DNA from: a virus
Virus record (IMG/VR): IMGVR_UViG_3300047509_000037
Location: 1 to 64,000 of that record
DNA length: 64,000 nt
Reading direction: 5' to 3' (one strand)
The notes beneath the pieces were generated by a model. It saw only the letters and a program-made list of their open reading frames with translations. It did no database searches and was not told where the DNA came from. The first letter of the stretch is position 1. Every line of letters starts with the position of its first letter. Positions 9,553-19,569 of this stretch are shown one piece after another. Both the position numbers and the translations under genes were made by a program.

Positions 9553-10409
9553 TAACCCTCCGCAAATTCCGTGATGTACTCAGCCAGCGCCGCTTTCCAG
9601 TGACGCGGCGTGAAGCCGTCGATAGGCGTGTTGACGAGAACTTCCGAGCGCGGTCGAGCCGCGTGATACTCCGTCGAGAAATACGAGGAGTCCACTGAGA
9701 CGACCGAGACTTCCCGGTCGAGCAGTCGGACGAACTCTTTGGCAATTTCGTATCGGGTTGCGGCTCCCTCACAGCACACATGAAATGTGCCGAAGTCGCC
9801 GGAGTCCAGAATCTTCTCCAGCGCGACCGCAAGGTCGGGGAGGTACGAGAGGCTGCCTGACTTATCGCCCACCGCAGCTATGGGCGTTTGCCCGCGCTCA
9901 ATCTGGCGATAAATCTTTCCTATGAATTTTGTATCGTGCTTGGGTCCGCCGCCGAAGCACCATTCGGTGCGAAGGACGACGTGCTTGATGAGAGACCGTG
10001 CGACGTTTTCACCCATCAGCTTAGTTTTACCGTATGTTGAAATCGGTCGCGTGGGTGAAAGGATGTCATACGATTCACTCTCGCCGTCGAAGACGCAAGC
10101 AGAACTGAGATAAACGTAGGTCGCGCCGATGCGCTCTGTAACGAACGCGATGTTCGCGGTTCCGAGAACGTGAGTCCGCAGAGCCTTCTCTGGGTTGAGT
10201 TCGCATTTCTCCATGTCGCAGATGGCTGTCAAATTGATGACAACGTCCGGGGCGAACAGATGAATGTCCGTCCACACCGCTGAGAAATCCTCAACGTCGA
10301 TACGGGGGATTTTACCAACTCCGGGTGCTCGAAGGGTGTGACGCTTGCTGAGATGTTTGATGAACGCGTGCCCAAGCATTCCTGAGCCGCCGAAGATGTA
10401 AATCTTCAT
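9552..10409 (-). CDS. rmlD: dTDP-4-dehydrorhamnose reductase-like SDR
   Basis: Rossmann GGSGMLG, YLSSACVFDG, YGKTK catalytic motif, C-terminal AARPRS; ATG 10409 overlaps the upstream TGA. Confidence 0.85.
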   Translation of the reverse strand: MKIYIFGGSGMLGHAFIKHLSKRHTLRAPGVGKIPRIDVEDFSAVWTDIHLFAPDVVINLTAICDMEKCELNPEKALRTHVLGTANIAFVTERIGATYVYLSSACVFDGESESYDILSPTRPISTYGKTKLMGENVARSLIKHVVLRTEWCFGGGPKHDTKFIGKIYRQIERGQTPIAAVGDKSGSLSYLPDLAVALEKILDSGDFGTFHVCCEGAATRYEIAKEFVRLLDREVSVVSVDSSYFSTEYHAARPRSEVLVNTPIDGFTPRHWKAALAEYITEFAEG

Positions 10410-12064
10410 CAGAATCCGCCTTCTCGCATTCCCCCCTTCGGGTCGGTGTGAGCCTGAATCAAAACTTCTCCAAGCTGTACGATATTGTCGCGTGTCCAAC
10501 GTTTCTTCGCAATGATGCCGCGATAGTAAAGCTGGTCGTGAACGAGTGAGCCGGGAGTCCACGTCGGAGTCGCGTCTTCCTTGCGGAGCCACGCCTCTTG
10601 AGTGTCGTAACTGAAATCACAAACCCCTGTCGGCAACCGCATCCCGCAATGAACTACTTTCACGAGAGGGTCTGCGAACGGCGCTACCATCTTGGAGAGA
10701 TAGCCGGGGAGCATGTCGTTGTCGTCGTCGAAGCAACAGACGAGGTCGCCTGTCACATATTGATAGCCACCGTTTTTCGCGTAGCAAGGATTCGCCTGTG
10801 CGCTGTGTTCGTAAATCTTGATGCGCGAGTCGTCAGGCAAATCGACTTTACCGCCGCTCTCGTTGTTGATGACAATCAACTCCCAATTGGCGTAGTCCTG
10901 CGCGAGAAGTGTTTCGACCGTTCGCCCGATGATATGCTGGCGACGGTAGGTGCCCATGATGATGCTGACCTTGGGCTGGTAATCCGTGAGCGTCACATGC
11001 GGCGTGACATCGACGACCATAATCCAGTGATACGTGCAGTAAGGAAACAGGTCGGAAATTTTTGGTTCGTCCAAGAACTCCAGAACTTCGTAGTCGTGTC
11101 CGACCATCAGCGGCGCGATGTGCGCCTTGAACGCGGCGGCGAAATTGCCCTTCGCGTTGACGATGCAGTACGAGACTCCGCGCTTTCCGTCGATGTTGTG
11201 CGTCCACCATTCGGGGTAGGTTTGATAACCCCAATCCTGTGTCAGCCCATCAGCGGCGTAGCGTCCGTTACGCGGCTGCCGTAGTATCGGCGGGCGTCCC
11301 GGTATCGGTTTTAGTTTCGGCTGGACTTGCGACATGCTTCCCCATTGCTCGTCGAAAATTTCTTTCTGCACAGCGGGCTTGCATGAGTGAAACGATGCGA
11401 ACCTGTCGAGGTTGAACGCCGACGGTACGATGTTGTACGACTTGCCGAATCCGTTCTGAACTTCAGGATGACGGAATGCAATCATCCCCTTCTGCTCCAT
11501 CACACCGCCAATCCAAAGGTCGTCAGCGTAGTTGGTGATGGGCGCGGCGATGATAGCTTTCATCGCGGCGGCAGACAACGTCATGCAACCGCCGGGAACA
11601 AACGTTCCATTCGGGCTACCTGCATAGTCGTGTTGCCAGTTGAGTTTGAAAAATTTCACAGCGTCGAAGTACGTGTCGTCATCGCAGCGGACGATGTAAT
11701 CATATCCGTTGTCGAGAGCGTACTTGCAAATCGCTTTCATCTTCGCGGGGTTCTGCGTGTACTGGTCGCCGCACGAAAGAAAAATTTCATCTTCGAGAGG
11801 CTGGCGGTCGGGTCCAGTCACAGCAACGGTGCGAGGATTTTGATTTGACTTCGCTCCCTGCGTGCGGAGACGGTTGCCGTAGAAAAATTTGAGGGTGAGT
11901 TCCGGGTCGGAAACTTTCGGAACGAGAGTTGCCCACGTGCTGCGAATCGTATTCACTCGAAGGGGCTGGTCAAGTTGGCGTTGGTCCTTCAGCCAGTCTT
12001 GCGTCAAATCGTCGATGTAGTAATCCAGACGATGACATGTCATAACCGCGATGAGAACTTTCAA
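10409..12064 (-). CDS. Two-domain glycosyltransferase (GT31/Fringe-like + GT2)
   Basis: N-domain YIVRCDDDTY and ADDLWIG; C-domain PKVSIIMGTYRR...QDYANWELIVIN...VCCFDDDN. Confidence 0.8.
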   Translation of the reverse strand: MKVLIAVMTCHRLDYYIDDLTQDWLKDQRQLDQPLRVNTIRSTWATLVPKVSDPELTLKFFYGNRLRTQGAKSNQNPRTVAVTGPDRQPLEDEIFLSCGDQYTQNPAKMKAICKYALDNGYDYIVRCDDDTYFDAVKFFKLNWQHDYAGSPNGTFVPGGCMTLSAAAMKAIIAAPITNYADDLWIGGVMEQKGMIAFRHPEVQNGFGKSYNIVPSAFNLDRFASFHSCKPAVQKEIFDEQWGSMSQVQPKLKPIPGRPPILRQPRNGRYAADGLTQDWGYQTYPEWWTHNIDGKRGVSYCIVNAKGNFAAAFKAHIAPLMVGHDYEVLEFLDEPKISDLFPYCTYHWIMVVDVTPHVTLTDYQPKVSIIMGTYRRQHIIGRTVETLLAQDYANWELIVINNESGGKVDLPDDSRIKIYEHSAQANPCYAKNGGYQYVTGDLVCCFDDDNDMLPGYLSKMVAPFADPLVKVVHCGMRLPTGVCDFSYDTQEAWLRKEDATPTWTPGSLVHDQLYYRGIIAKKRWTRDNIVQLGEVLIQAHTDPKGGMREGGF

Positions 12065-12141
12065 TGTTCCTCCTCAGAAACAATTCGAGCCGCATCAATG
12101 GGGTATTGATGCGGCTCTTAAACTCGGGAACGAGCCTGTCG

Positions 12142-12564
12142 TTAGACAGGGGAGGAGGTCTCGTCCCGTTTTTCAATCTTGTCTACGTAATCAAGAACTG
12201 ATTGCGCCACAAGAGTTCGTAGGGAAGGATTCATATCAATGGCGTACACAAAGCCATTATTGCACACGCGGCAGAGAAGCCCTCTCACGCACTTCTCGCA
12301 GCCAATCTTTCCTGAACAATGTTGATGGTCGTGGTCTACGTGCGGCGTCTCTGTGAAGGCACATCCACAAATCGCGCAACCCTGAGCGAACAGAGTGTCA
12401 TACGTTTCCACAGACAGACCGTGCATGTTGCGCCGCCCTGTCGAATATTCTCGTTTTCGTTTTCGTTTCTTGGAATGTTCAATACCACATGGAACACACC
12501 AGCGTTGCGCCGTTCCGGTTCCTTCGTAGGAAGCGCCGCAGGAGATACAAACCTTCGTTTTCAT
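12142..12564 (-). CDS. Endonuclease VII-family endonuclease
   Basis: GCAICG...HVDHDH...VRGLLCRVCN. Confidence 0.8.
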   Translation of the reverse strand: MKTKVCISCGASYEGTGTAQRWCVPCGIEHSKKRKRKREYSTGRRNMHGLSVETYDTLFAQGCAICGCAFTETPHVDHDHQHCSGKIGCEKCVRGLLCRVCNNGFVYAIDMNPSLRTLVAQSVLDYVDKIEKRDETSSPV

Positions 12565-12852
12565 GTTCTTCCCTTCAAGAAGAATTTGGGCGGCGTTGAA
12601 GGCACCGCCCAGACATGGGTAATTAGTCCACGTCGTTTCGTTTAAGATGTAACCGTCTTTCGTCCAGTCTAATGAGCTATGTCTGCTGGATGGGCGGCGG
12701 TTTAGCCGAAGTCTCGAAAGTCTCTCCATACCTTCTCACCCATCGTAGGATAGGGGCTGTTTGGCTGGTTAAATTTGGTCAAGCTGTTGAAAACACTCAG
12801 AAAATAATTGTTTGCGGATTCCGCGCTCCTGTGCATGTAATTTTTACACAGA

Positions 12853-13050
12853 TAACGCGTACTAACGCGTAAACGGTTTACGCGTTTCGATTTCCTTTGT
12901 AATCAACGACTTAACTCATTTTTCGCTCTAACGCGTAAATTTCCCTTATACGCACACCCCCCTAAGAAAGTATCTAAGTATAAGAAAACAATCAATTTTT
13001 CCTGATGACTATATCAGGTGGGTGTGTAAGAGTTCCGTGTTTACGCGTTA
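12853..13050. repeat. Cluster of five ACGCGT-core palindromic repeats in an AT-rich strand-switch region (putative origin)
   Basis: ACGCGT at 12855, 12865, 12880, 12931 and 13043, mostly as TAACGCGTAA-like units. Confidence 0.55.
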
Positions 13051-13303
13051 GGAAAGTCCGAGGTACGCCCGATTTCCATGCAGCCTACCGACCTCCGCTT
13101 CAGACTCGTGTCGCTGGTCGGGCGTGAGGTACACCGTGAAGTCCACCATGCGCCGGAAGTCCGGGTCACCCCGGTAGAGTTCCGAATGCCTGTCGATGAA
13201 TCCCGCCTTGCGCTCGAAGTCGCGCAACTCTTGGTCATACATGCCGCACCGCCTTTCTCGCTCGTCTTGCAGCCTAGCATTCCGCCGGAGAAAAAATCAA
13301 GTG

Positions 13304-13332
13304 TTGACTTTGAGTGGTGACCGTGATAATCT
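13304..13332 (+). promoter_or_regulatory. Sigma70-like promoter for the replication operon
   Basis: TTGACT-17nt-TAATCT with extended -10 TG. Confidence 0.55.
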
Positions 13333-13404
13333 GACTTTGGTGGGACGTGGACGTGTGTCCCGCTGTTGTTTTGAGTTGCCCTCATGGGCAGGAACGGAAA
13401 CACA

Positions 13405-13815
13405 ATGGGTCTGGTAGCGAAGAAACGGGAGTATGAACTCCTGAACGAAGGTCTGCACAATGCGACGATTACCCGCGTCGAAGACCTCGGCAAGCAGGAG
13501 ACACAGTTCGGCACGAAGGAACAAGCAGCAATCTACTTCACGAGTGCCGACCAGAAGGACAAGGAAGGCAACGCTGTTGACGCCCGTATGCGAGTCAGCA
13601 CCGAGTCGCTTCACCCGAAGTCGAACGTCGCAAAGTTGCTCACGCAGCTTGGCGTGCCGTTCGGTTCTTCCTTCGACCTGAATGACCTTGTAGGCATCAA
13701 GTGCCAAGTCGTCATCCAGCACAAAGAGACTGAGCAAGGCACCTTCGCCAATATCGTCTCTGTCCTGAAGCTGAAGGGCAAGCCCGCCCCGGCTGCGCCT
13801 GCGGAGCAGTTCTAA
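13405..13815 (+). CDS. Phage single-stranded DNA-binding protein-like (OB fold)
   Basis: EGLHNATITRVEDLG...DLNDLVGIKCQVVI...FANI; flexible tail ending in F; first gene of the replication operon. Confidence 0.6.
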   Translation: MGLVAKKREYELLNEGLHNATITRVEDLGKQETQFGTKEQAAIYFTSADQKDKEGNAVDARMRVSTESLHPKSNVAKLLTQLGVPFGSSFDLNDLVGIKCQVVIQHKETEQGTFANIVSVLKLKGKPAPAAPAEQF

Positions 13816-13845
13816 CCCACCCGTCTGTTATTTGTAACAGGCTCA

Positions 13846-13881
13846 ACGGAAGTGTGGACGCCCGTTCGCACTTCCGTTTTA
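13846..13881 (+). terminator. Hairpin/terminator after SSB
   Basis: AACGGAAGTG...CACTTCCGTT followed by T run. Confidence 0.5.
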
Positions 13882-13894
13882 GTTCGGAGGCAAG

Positions 13895-14218
13895 ATGAGC
13901 ACACGTTGGAATCGGGCAAACCCCGAACGTGCTAAAGAAATTGCAAAGAAATCATATCACATAGACCCGTTCCGCGCAAAGATGCGTGATTTTGTGCCGG
14001 AGCCAGAAATCAATCGGGCAATCGAAGCGTGGAAAATTTTTGACGGAGTGTGCCAAGGGTGCGGCACCCGGTGTTCTACGAAGTTCGATACGGACCACGA
14101 CCACATCACCAAAAAGTTTCGTGGCATCCTTGGGTCGAAGTGCAACAAGACTCTCGGATTGATGAAGGATGATATTGAGCGGCTGCTTGCACTCGCTCAA
14201 TACCTCGTGAGGATATGA
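13895..14218 (+). CDS. Endonuclease VII-family endonuclease
   Basis: CQGCG...DTDHDH...FRGILGSKCN. Confidence 0.8.
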   Translation: MSTRWNRANPERAKEIAKKSYHIDPFRAKMRDFVPEPEINRAIEAWKIFDGVCQGCGTRCSTKFDTDHDHITKKFRGILGSKCNKTLGLMKDDIERLLALAQYLVRI

Positions 14219-16305
14219 TGGGCGACCCCAAGATTGTAGCAGAACTTCGAGCAGCCGCTCAAGCATCTCTCGACCGTGGCTTCTCAATTCTTATTTGTGA
14301 ACCCCACGACAAGAACCCGTTCGTAAAGTACAGCCCACATGCGGTGAACTCCGCAACGAACGATGCGACGATTGCACTCAAGGCATGGGATGACGGGCAC
14401 GAAGCAAACTACGGCGTTGCTGGTGGTAAGAGCAACCTCGCCCTCGTTGACTGTGACCAAGGTCTCGCAGATGAAGTCGCGCTCGACGCGTGGATGAAAA
14501 AGAACAACCTGCCTGAGACGTTCACCGTCCGGTCGGGTCGCACTACGTCTGCCGGATTCCACTTGTACTACAGTGGCACCGTCCCCACGACAGGCTACAA
14601 CATCGACGGCGTCATTGGAGAAATCCGTGGCGTTGGCGCATACGTCGTTGGTCCCGGCTCCATCCACCCCTCCGGCAAGAAATACGAAATCATTCGTGAC
14701 GTTCCGGTTGTCTCCCTGCCGGAGAACTTGAAAGAGATTGCCCAGAAGAAGCACGAGACGATGGCTGCGTACCAGCCGGGAATCGACGAGAAGATTCCAG
14801 AGGGCAACCGCTGGATGCACCTTCAGTCGATGGCGGGAAAACTCCGCAATCTTGGGCTGGACCGCGACGGCATTTACACCGCGCTCAAAAATTTCTGCGT
14901 CAACAATTGCGTTAATGGTGACAACTATCCGAACGAGAAGATTGAACTCCTCGCGGACGCCGCCGACGAAAAATTCAAAGCGAATGTCGCGGGCATTGTC
15001 AGCATCGGGAAGCAGGACACCGAAGCCGACACTACAATTCCTGAGACGCCAATCTCCACGATTGACGGCGATGCTCTCGGAGACCTAAGCCTTGCGCTCA
15101 CCAACGGGACATTCATCCCGGCAGGGTTTGCTCGTGCGTCTCTGAAGGCACTCGCTGGCGCGATGCTCGACGACAACATCGGATTCCCCGGAGAACCCAG
15201 CCTACACATGCGGCACTGGAATGCGCTCATCTCATCTCGCCCAGAGATGGGAAAGGGCGAAGCCTGGAAGCGCATCATGTCTTTCATGGCACCGCTTGCG
15301 GAGCAATGCGAAATCATTTTTCCGAAGGGCGGCTTCTTCTCCTCCGGCGAACACGCCATCAAGACTCTCGCAGCCAATGACGGCAAGGCTCACCTTGCGT
15401 ACTTCGACGAAATGCGAAACCTGTTCGAGAAGGGCAACTCCAGCGGGTCAACGCTGTTTGCCAAGCTGCTCGAACTCTACGAACAGAAGCAGGGCGGCGT
15501 CGGCAGTCTGACGCACAACGCGGCGATGTTTGAGAACGTATCGCTCTCTATGACGGGCGGCTTCACTCTCGACGGCTTCGAGCGTGCGACATCCGGTAAG
15601 GGTGTTGGCGGCGACGGATTCCTGTCGCGTATGGTGCTGGAGTATTCCGGCGGCGTCAACTACCACGGTGATTGGGATGACCTTGACGCCCAGAAGGTGA
15701 ACGCGGCTGTCGCTGCAATCAAGGACGCTGTCGTGTGGCTTCGCAACTATAAGGGAGAACACAAAGGCGAACGCTTCGTTCCTGTGGAAGACTTCGACGC
15801 GAAGGCCCTCCGCATGGACTTCCAGAAGTGGCTCAAACAGCAAAAGGAAATCATTGAGAAGAACACTCCCGGCGCATCCTATGCGGCTCGTCTGGAGTCA
15901 CACTTCAAGCGCGACTTGCTCATCCGAGTTGCCTTCACCCCGGAGAAGAAGATTACCGGGAAGCTGACGCAGAAGGCAATTGATTGGGCGAAACACCAGT
16001 TGAAACTCCGATGCGAACTCTGGACGGTGGACCGGGGCGGCGACGTTCAACAAGCCGAACTGAAAATCGTCAAAGCCGTAAGAGAAAAGGGTCCGCTCAC
16101 CAAGACTGAACTTCAAAAGTTCACAAACGCAGCGAAGGGCGCAGGCGGCTTCGATGCGTGGAACCGAGCACTCACCAGTGTTACTCGCGCTGGTCAAATC
16201 GTTCTGATGCCGTACAAGAGTCAACGCGGCAAGGAAGTGTTCGGGTTCGACGGAATGTTCTGGAGTAAGAACAAAGGCACTTGGCTACCGGAGATTGATT
16301 TATGA
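14215..16305 (+). CDS. Bifunctional primase-polymerase (Prim-Pol) fused to a DUF3987-like helicase domain
   Basis: ANYGV, LVDCD, GFHLYY, YVVGPGSIHPSG, PriCT-like IPEGNR; degenerate P-loop SRPEMGKG, YFDEM, GFLSR. Confidence 0.85.
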   Translation: MMGDPKIVAELRAAAQASLDRGFSILICEPHDKNPFVKYSPHAVNSATNDATIALKAWDDGHEANYGVAGGKSNLALVDCDQGLADEVALDAWMKKNNLPETFTVRSGRTTSAGFHLYYSGTVPTTGYNIDGVIGEIRGVGAYVVGPGSIHPSGKKYEIIRDVPVVSLPENLKEIAQKKHETMAAYQPGIDEKIPEGNRWMHLQSMAGKLRNLGLDRDGIYTALKNFCVNNCVNGDNYPNEKIELLADAADEKFKANVAGIVSIGKQDTEADTTIPETPISTIDGDALGDLSLALTNGTFIPAGFARASLKALAGAMLDDNIGFPGEPSLHMRHWNALISSRPEMGKGEAWKRIMSFMAPLAEQCEIIFPKGGFFSSGEHAIKTLAANDGKAHLAYFDEMRNLFEKGNSSGSTLFAKLLELYEQKQGGVGSLTHNAAMFENVSLSMTGGFTLDGFERATSGKGVGGDGFLSRMVLEYSGGVNYHGDWDDLDAQKVNAAVAAIKDAVVWLRNYKGEHKGERFVPVEDFDAKALRMDFQKWLKQQKEIIEKNTPGASYAARLESHFKRDLLIRVAFTPEKKITGKLTQKAIDWAKHQLKLRCELWTVDRGGDVQQAELKIVKAVREKGPLTKTELQKFTNAAKGAGGFDAWNRALTSVTRAGQIVLMPYKSQRGKEVFGFDGMFWSKNKGTWLPEIDL

Positions 16306-16526
16306 AGCGCAAAAGAGCACAAGCACGAAAGTCAACAGACCTTCGCACCGTAGACAAAGAATCCCAATCATATTGGGAGGAAGTTCTCGCACGAGAGAAT
16401 CTTCGCATGACACGCGGCAACGACACGCGGCTCGTGTACGTCGGAGACGGAGCGGCTGTAGAACGTATCCACAACGAGGTCATCTCGGATATGGGTAGGG
16501 TTGAGCCACATTCTGCTGGAGAGTAA
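16302..16526 (+). CDS. Hypothetical protein
   Basis: ATGA-coupled between primase and polymerase. Confidence 0.55.
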   Translation: MKRKRAQARKSTDLRTVDKESQSYWEEVLARENLRMTRGNDTRLVYVGDGAAVERIHNEVISDMGRVEPHSAGE

Positions 16527-18614
16527 ATGAAGAAACTTTGGTTGGATTTTGAAACGCGGTCCTTCATCGACCTGAAGGACTGCGGGCTTGACAAGTACGC
16601 GAAAGATGTCACGACTGAAGTGCTCATGCTTGCGTGGGCGTTCGACGACGATGCGGTCAACCTCTGGTTGCCGTGTCTCGGAGAGCCTATGCCCGAAGCA
16701 CTCAAAGCGGGGTTGGAAGACCCCGACGTGATGAAGATGGCGTGGAACTACAACTTCGAGAAAGACATCTTCCAGTATCGCGTGGGAATCATCATCCCGC
16801 AGGCACAGTGGTTTGACCCCAGCGTGCTCTGTGCGTACATGTCCCTGCCTGTCGGCTTGGACCGCGCCGCGAATGCGCTCAACATCGACATTGAGTTGAA
16901 GAAGACTGTTATCACTGGCAAAAATAAGCCTGTGAAGCTATTTTCGGAGCCGTCGAAGCGAACGAAGACGTTCCTCAAAAAGAATCCGGGGATGCCGGAG
17001 TTCTACTACAAAGATTGGAACTCGGACCCAGAGAAGTGGCAGGAGTTCTGCGATTATTGTAAGCAGGACGTTGTGGCAGAACGTGCCGTGTGGTATGGCG
17101 CGGTCGCACTCAATTGCCCCATCACTGAGGAGGAAACTCGTGCGTGGCTGCTCGACCAGCGCATGAACGACACGGGCGTCTACATCGACACGCAGTTCGT
17201 CGCCAACGCGAAGAACATCGCTATCGTCGAAGCCGACGGTCTCGTGAAAGAGACGAAGGACATCACGGGGCTGGAGAACCCGAACTCCCCGAAGCAACTG
17301 AAGGAATGGTTGCAAGCGAGGAAGTATCCGTTCAACTCGCTCGACAAGGCGCACGTTGAGGAAGCCCTGAAAGAAAAAGGGCATCTCTGCCTGCCGCCAC
17401 TTGTCGTTGACGTTCTAGACCTGAAACAAAAACTCGGCGGGTCCGCGTACAAGAAATTGCAGACCATCGAAGACCGCATCGGCAGCGACAGCCGACTGCG
17501 TGACCAGTTCGTCTACCACGGTGCTCACACCGGACGGTGGTCTGGACGCGGCGTGCAGTTACAGAACTTGTTCAAGCCGAGCAAAGATGTCAGCACGTTG
17601 CGTGACCCAATCGTCAACGCAATTCGCGGCAACTCGCTCGACCTCGAACTCATCGTTTCGGAGTACAACAAATCCGTCGCGGAGTTCAACGCGAAGGAAC
17701 CCGACGCGAAAAAACATAAGAAGCCCATCAAGGGCGTCACGACGATGCAGGCGGTCGCAGGCACGATTCGCGCCGCATTCATCCCGACGCCGGGATACAA
17801 ATTCTCCGTAAGCGATTTGGCACAGATTGAGTCCCGCGTTCTCGCGGCTCTCGCTGGTTGTCAGACGATGATTGATGCCTATGCGAAAGGTCTCGACCTT
17901 TACAAAGACATCATGTCGTTCCTGCTCAACAAGCCATACGACACGATTACCAGCGCAGAGCGTGCCGACGGCAAGGTCATCATCCTTGGTTGCGGCTTCG
18001 GCATGGGCTGGGAGAAATTCATTGACTACGCGGCAACGTTCGGTGTTACACTGGACGAGAAGACGGCGAAGACCTACGTCAACGCCTTCCGCGAGAAGTA
18101 CAGCGAGATTCCGGCATACTGGAAGGCTCTCGACAAGGCTTGTGTCACAGCGACGAAGCTGAACATCTGCGTCTACGTCAAAGGCGTGGTCGTCGATGGG
18201 CGCAATCCTGAAATGCTCAAAATCAAATTGCCGTCCCAACGGTGCTTGCATTATCTGCATCCGAAAGTGACGCAAGAGATGACTGAGTGGGGCGCGGTTC
18301 GTGAGGGAGTCTCTTACGAAGCGTTCGACGAGAAAGGTCTTCAACTCAAGCGGCTCTACGGCGGACTCATCTGCGAAAACGTTGTGCAGGCTGTCGCACG
18401 CGACATCCTACTCAACGGAATGTTTGAAGCAGAGAAGGTCGGCTTCAGAATCGTAATGACAATTCACGACGAAGTGGTGGGAGAGTCACCGCTCACTTCT
18501 CCGCTCACGTTCAAGGACATGGAACACGCCATGACACGAACGCCTGAGTGGGCAGAGGGCATGGGGTTCGTTCTCGCTGCGGAAGGATATGACTGTGCTT
18601 ACTACCGAAAGTAA
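16527..18614 (+). CDS. Family A DNA polymerase (phage type)
   Basis: Exonuclease LDFET, TGRWSG, motif A DLAQIESR, motif B RADGKVIILGCGFG, motif C TIHDE. Confidence 0.95.
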   Translation: MKKLWLDFETRSFIDLKDCGLDKYAKDVTTEVLMLAWAFDDDAVNLWLPCLGEPMPEALKAGLEDPDVMKMAWNYNFEKDIFQYRVGIIIPQAQWFDPSVLCAYMSLPVGLDRAANALNIDIELKKTVITGKNKPVKLFSEPSKRTKTFLKKNPGMPEFYYKDWNSDPEKWQEFCDYCKQDVVAERAVWYGAVALNCPITEEETRAWLLDQRMNDTGVYIDTQFVANAKNIAIVEADGLVKETKDITGLENPNSPKQLKEWLQARKYPFNSLDKAHVEEALKEKGHLCLPPLVVDVLDLKQKLGGSAYKKLQTIEDRIGSDSRLRDQFVYHGAHTGRWSGRGVQLQNLFKPSKDVSTLRDPIVNAIRGNSLDLELIVSEYNKSVAEFNAKEPDAKKHKKPIKGVTTMQAVAGTIRAAFIPTPGYKFSVSDLAQIESRVLAALAGCQTMIDAYAKGLDLYKDIMSFLLNKPYDTITSAERADGKVIILGCGFGMGWEKFIDYAATFGVTLDEKTAKTYVNAFREKYSEIPAYWKALDKACVTATKLNICVYVKGVVVDGRNPEMLKIKLPSQRCLHYLHPKVTQEMTEWGAVREGVSYEAFDEKGLQLKRLYGGLICENVVQAVARDILLNGMFEAEKVGFRIVMTIHDEVVGESPLTSPLTFKDMEHAMTRTPEWAEGMGFVLAAEGYDCAYYRK

Positions 18615-18709
18615 AGAAGGTCTCAACCCATCCATCCCGTGCAACCTCAGCCGAACATTCGATGAGGAGCGCCACGCTCCGGCGGGGATGGTCGAGCCGT
18701 CGAGTTTTA

Positions 18710-19126
18710 ATGAAAGAAAACATGACACGACAAACATTGTGGGCGCGACGGAATTATAAGAAGAACCGTCGCAAACGTCTCGCATGGGAGAAGTCACACC
18801 AGATTCTCCTCATGTGGCACCGAGCGAAAAATCGCGCAAAGAAGTTGGGCGTGCCTTTCACCATATCGGTCGAAGACATTCAGATTCCGAAAGTCTGTCC
18901 TGTTCTTCACACCCCTATTCGATGGCGTGCGAAGAATCGTGACAACTCTCCGAGTTTGGACAGGCGACGTGCGGACCTCGGTTACGTGCCGGGAAACGTC
19001 GTGGTCATATCAAACCGAGCGAATCGAATCAAGAGCGATGCGACTGCGGCGGAACTCTGGTTCGTCTGGAACTATTGTCGTCGTCAAATTTTGCTTGACA
19101 CAGGCGTCGATAACCTGCTAGGGTAA
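18710..19126 (+). CDS. HNH-like endonuclease
   Basis: RAKNRAKKLGVPF...CPVL...SPSLDR...GYVPGNVVVISNRANRIK. Confidence 0.8.
   Translation: MKENMTRQTLWARRNYKKNRRKRLAWEKSHQILLMWHRAKNRAKKLGVPFTISVEDIQIPKVCPVLHTPIRWRAKNRDNSPSLDRRRADLGYVPGNVVVISNRANRIKSDATAAELWFVWNYCRRQILLDTGVDNLLG
19095..19124 (+). promoter_or_regulatory. Sigma70-like promoter upstream of the tmRNA region
   Basis: TTGACA-18nt-TAGGGT with TG extension. Confidence 0.45.
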
Positions 19127-19211
19127 AAGAGTGAGCGGGGATGGCAGATGCCTCGACCCGTAGGGTGGCAACCTGCCTATCCGCCATTTGTTACAAATAA
19201 CAGGAGGAAAC

Positions 19212-19430
19212 ATGGACATCCTGGGATACCTGATTGGACTGCTGGTGGGCGCTGCCCTCGGCTACGCATTTCGCGGACGCATTCGTTCGACCATCGGTAC
19301 GGTCGGCGCGACTGCCAAGCTGGGCGCAGTGAAGGCGAAGACGGCTGTTGTGAAAGACGCCGTTGATGCTCACGCCGCCGTGGTTGCCGATGTGCATACC
19401 GCCATCGAAGACCTCGACAAGAAACTTTAA
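19212..19430 (+). CDS. Small membrane-anchored protein
   Basis: AGGAGG RBS; N-terminal hydrophobic helix. Confidence 0.65.
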   Translation: MDILGYLIGLLVGAALGYAFRGRIRSTIGTVGATAKLGAVKAKTAVVKDAVDAHAAVVADVHTAIEDLDKKL

Positions 19431-19569
19431 CCAAGATTCCCGAACGGATGGGTAGCGTGCGGCTGACCAGTGGATGCGACAAGAAACCCCACACAGCGGA
19501 CGAGGCTTTGGCTCAGTAGGGAAATGACATCGGGACGGCGAGGGGCGGAAGAAGGCTAAACTCATACCT

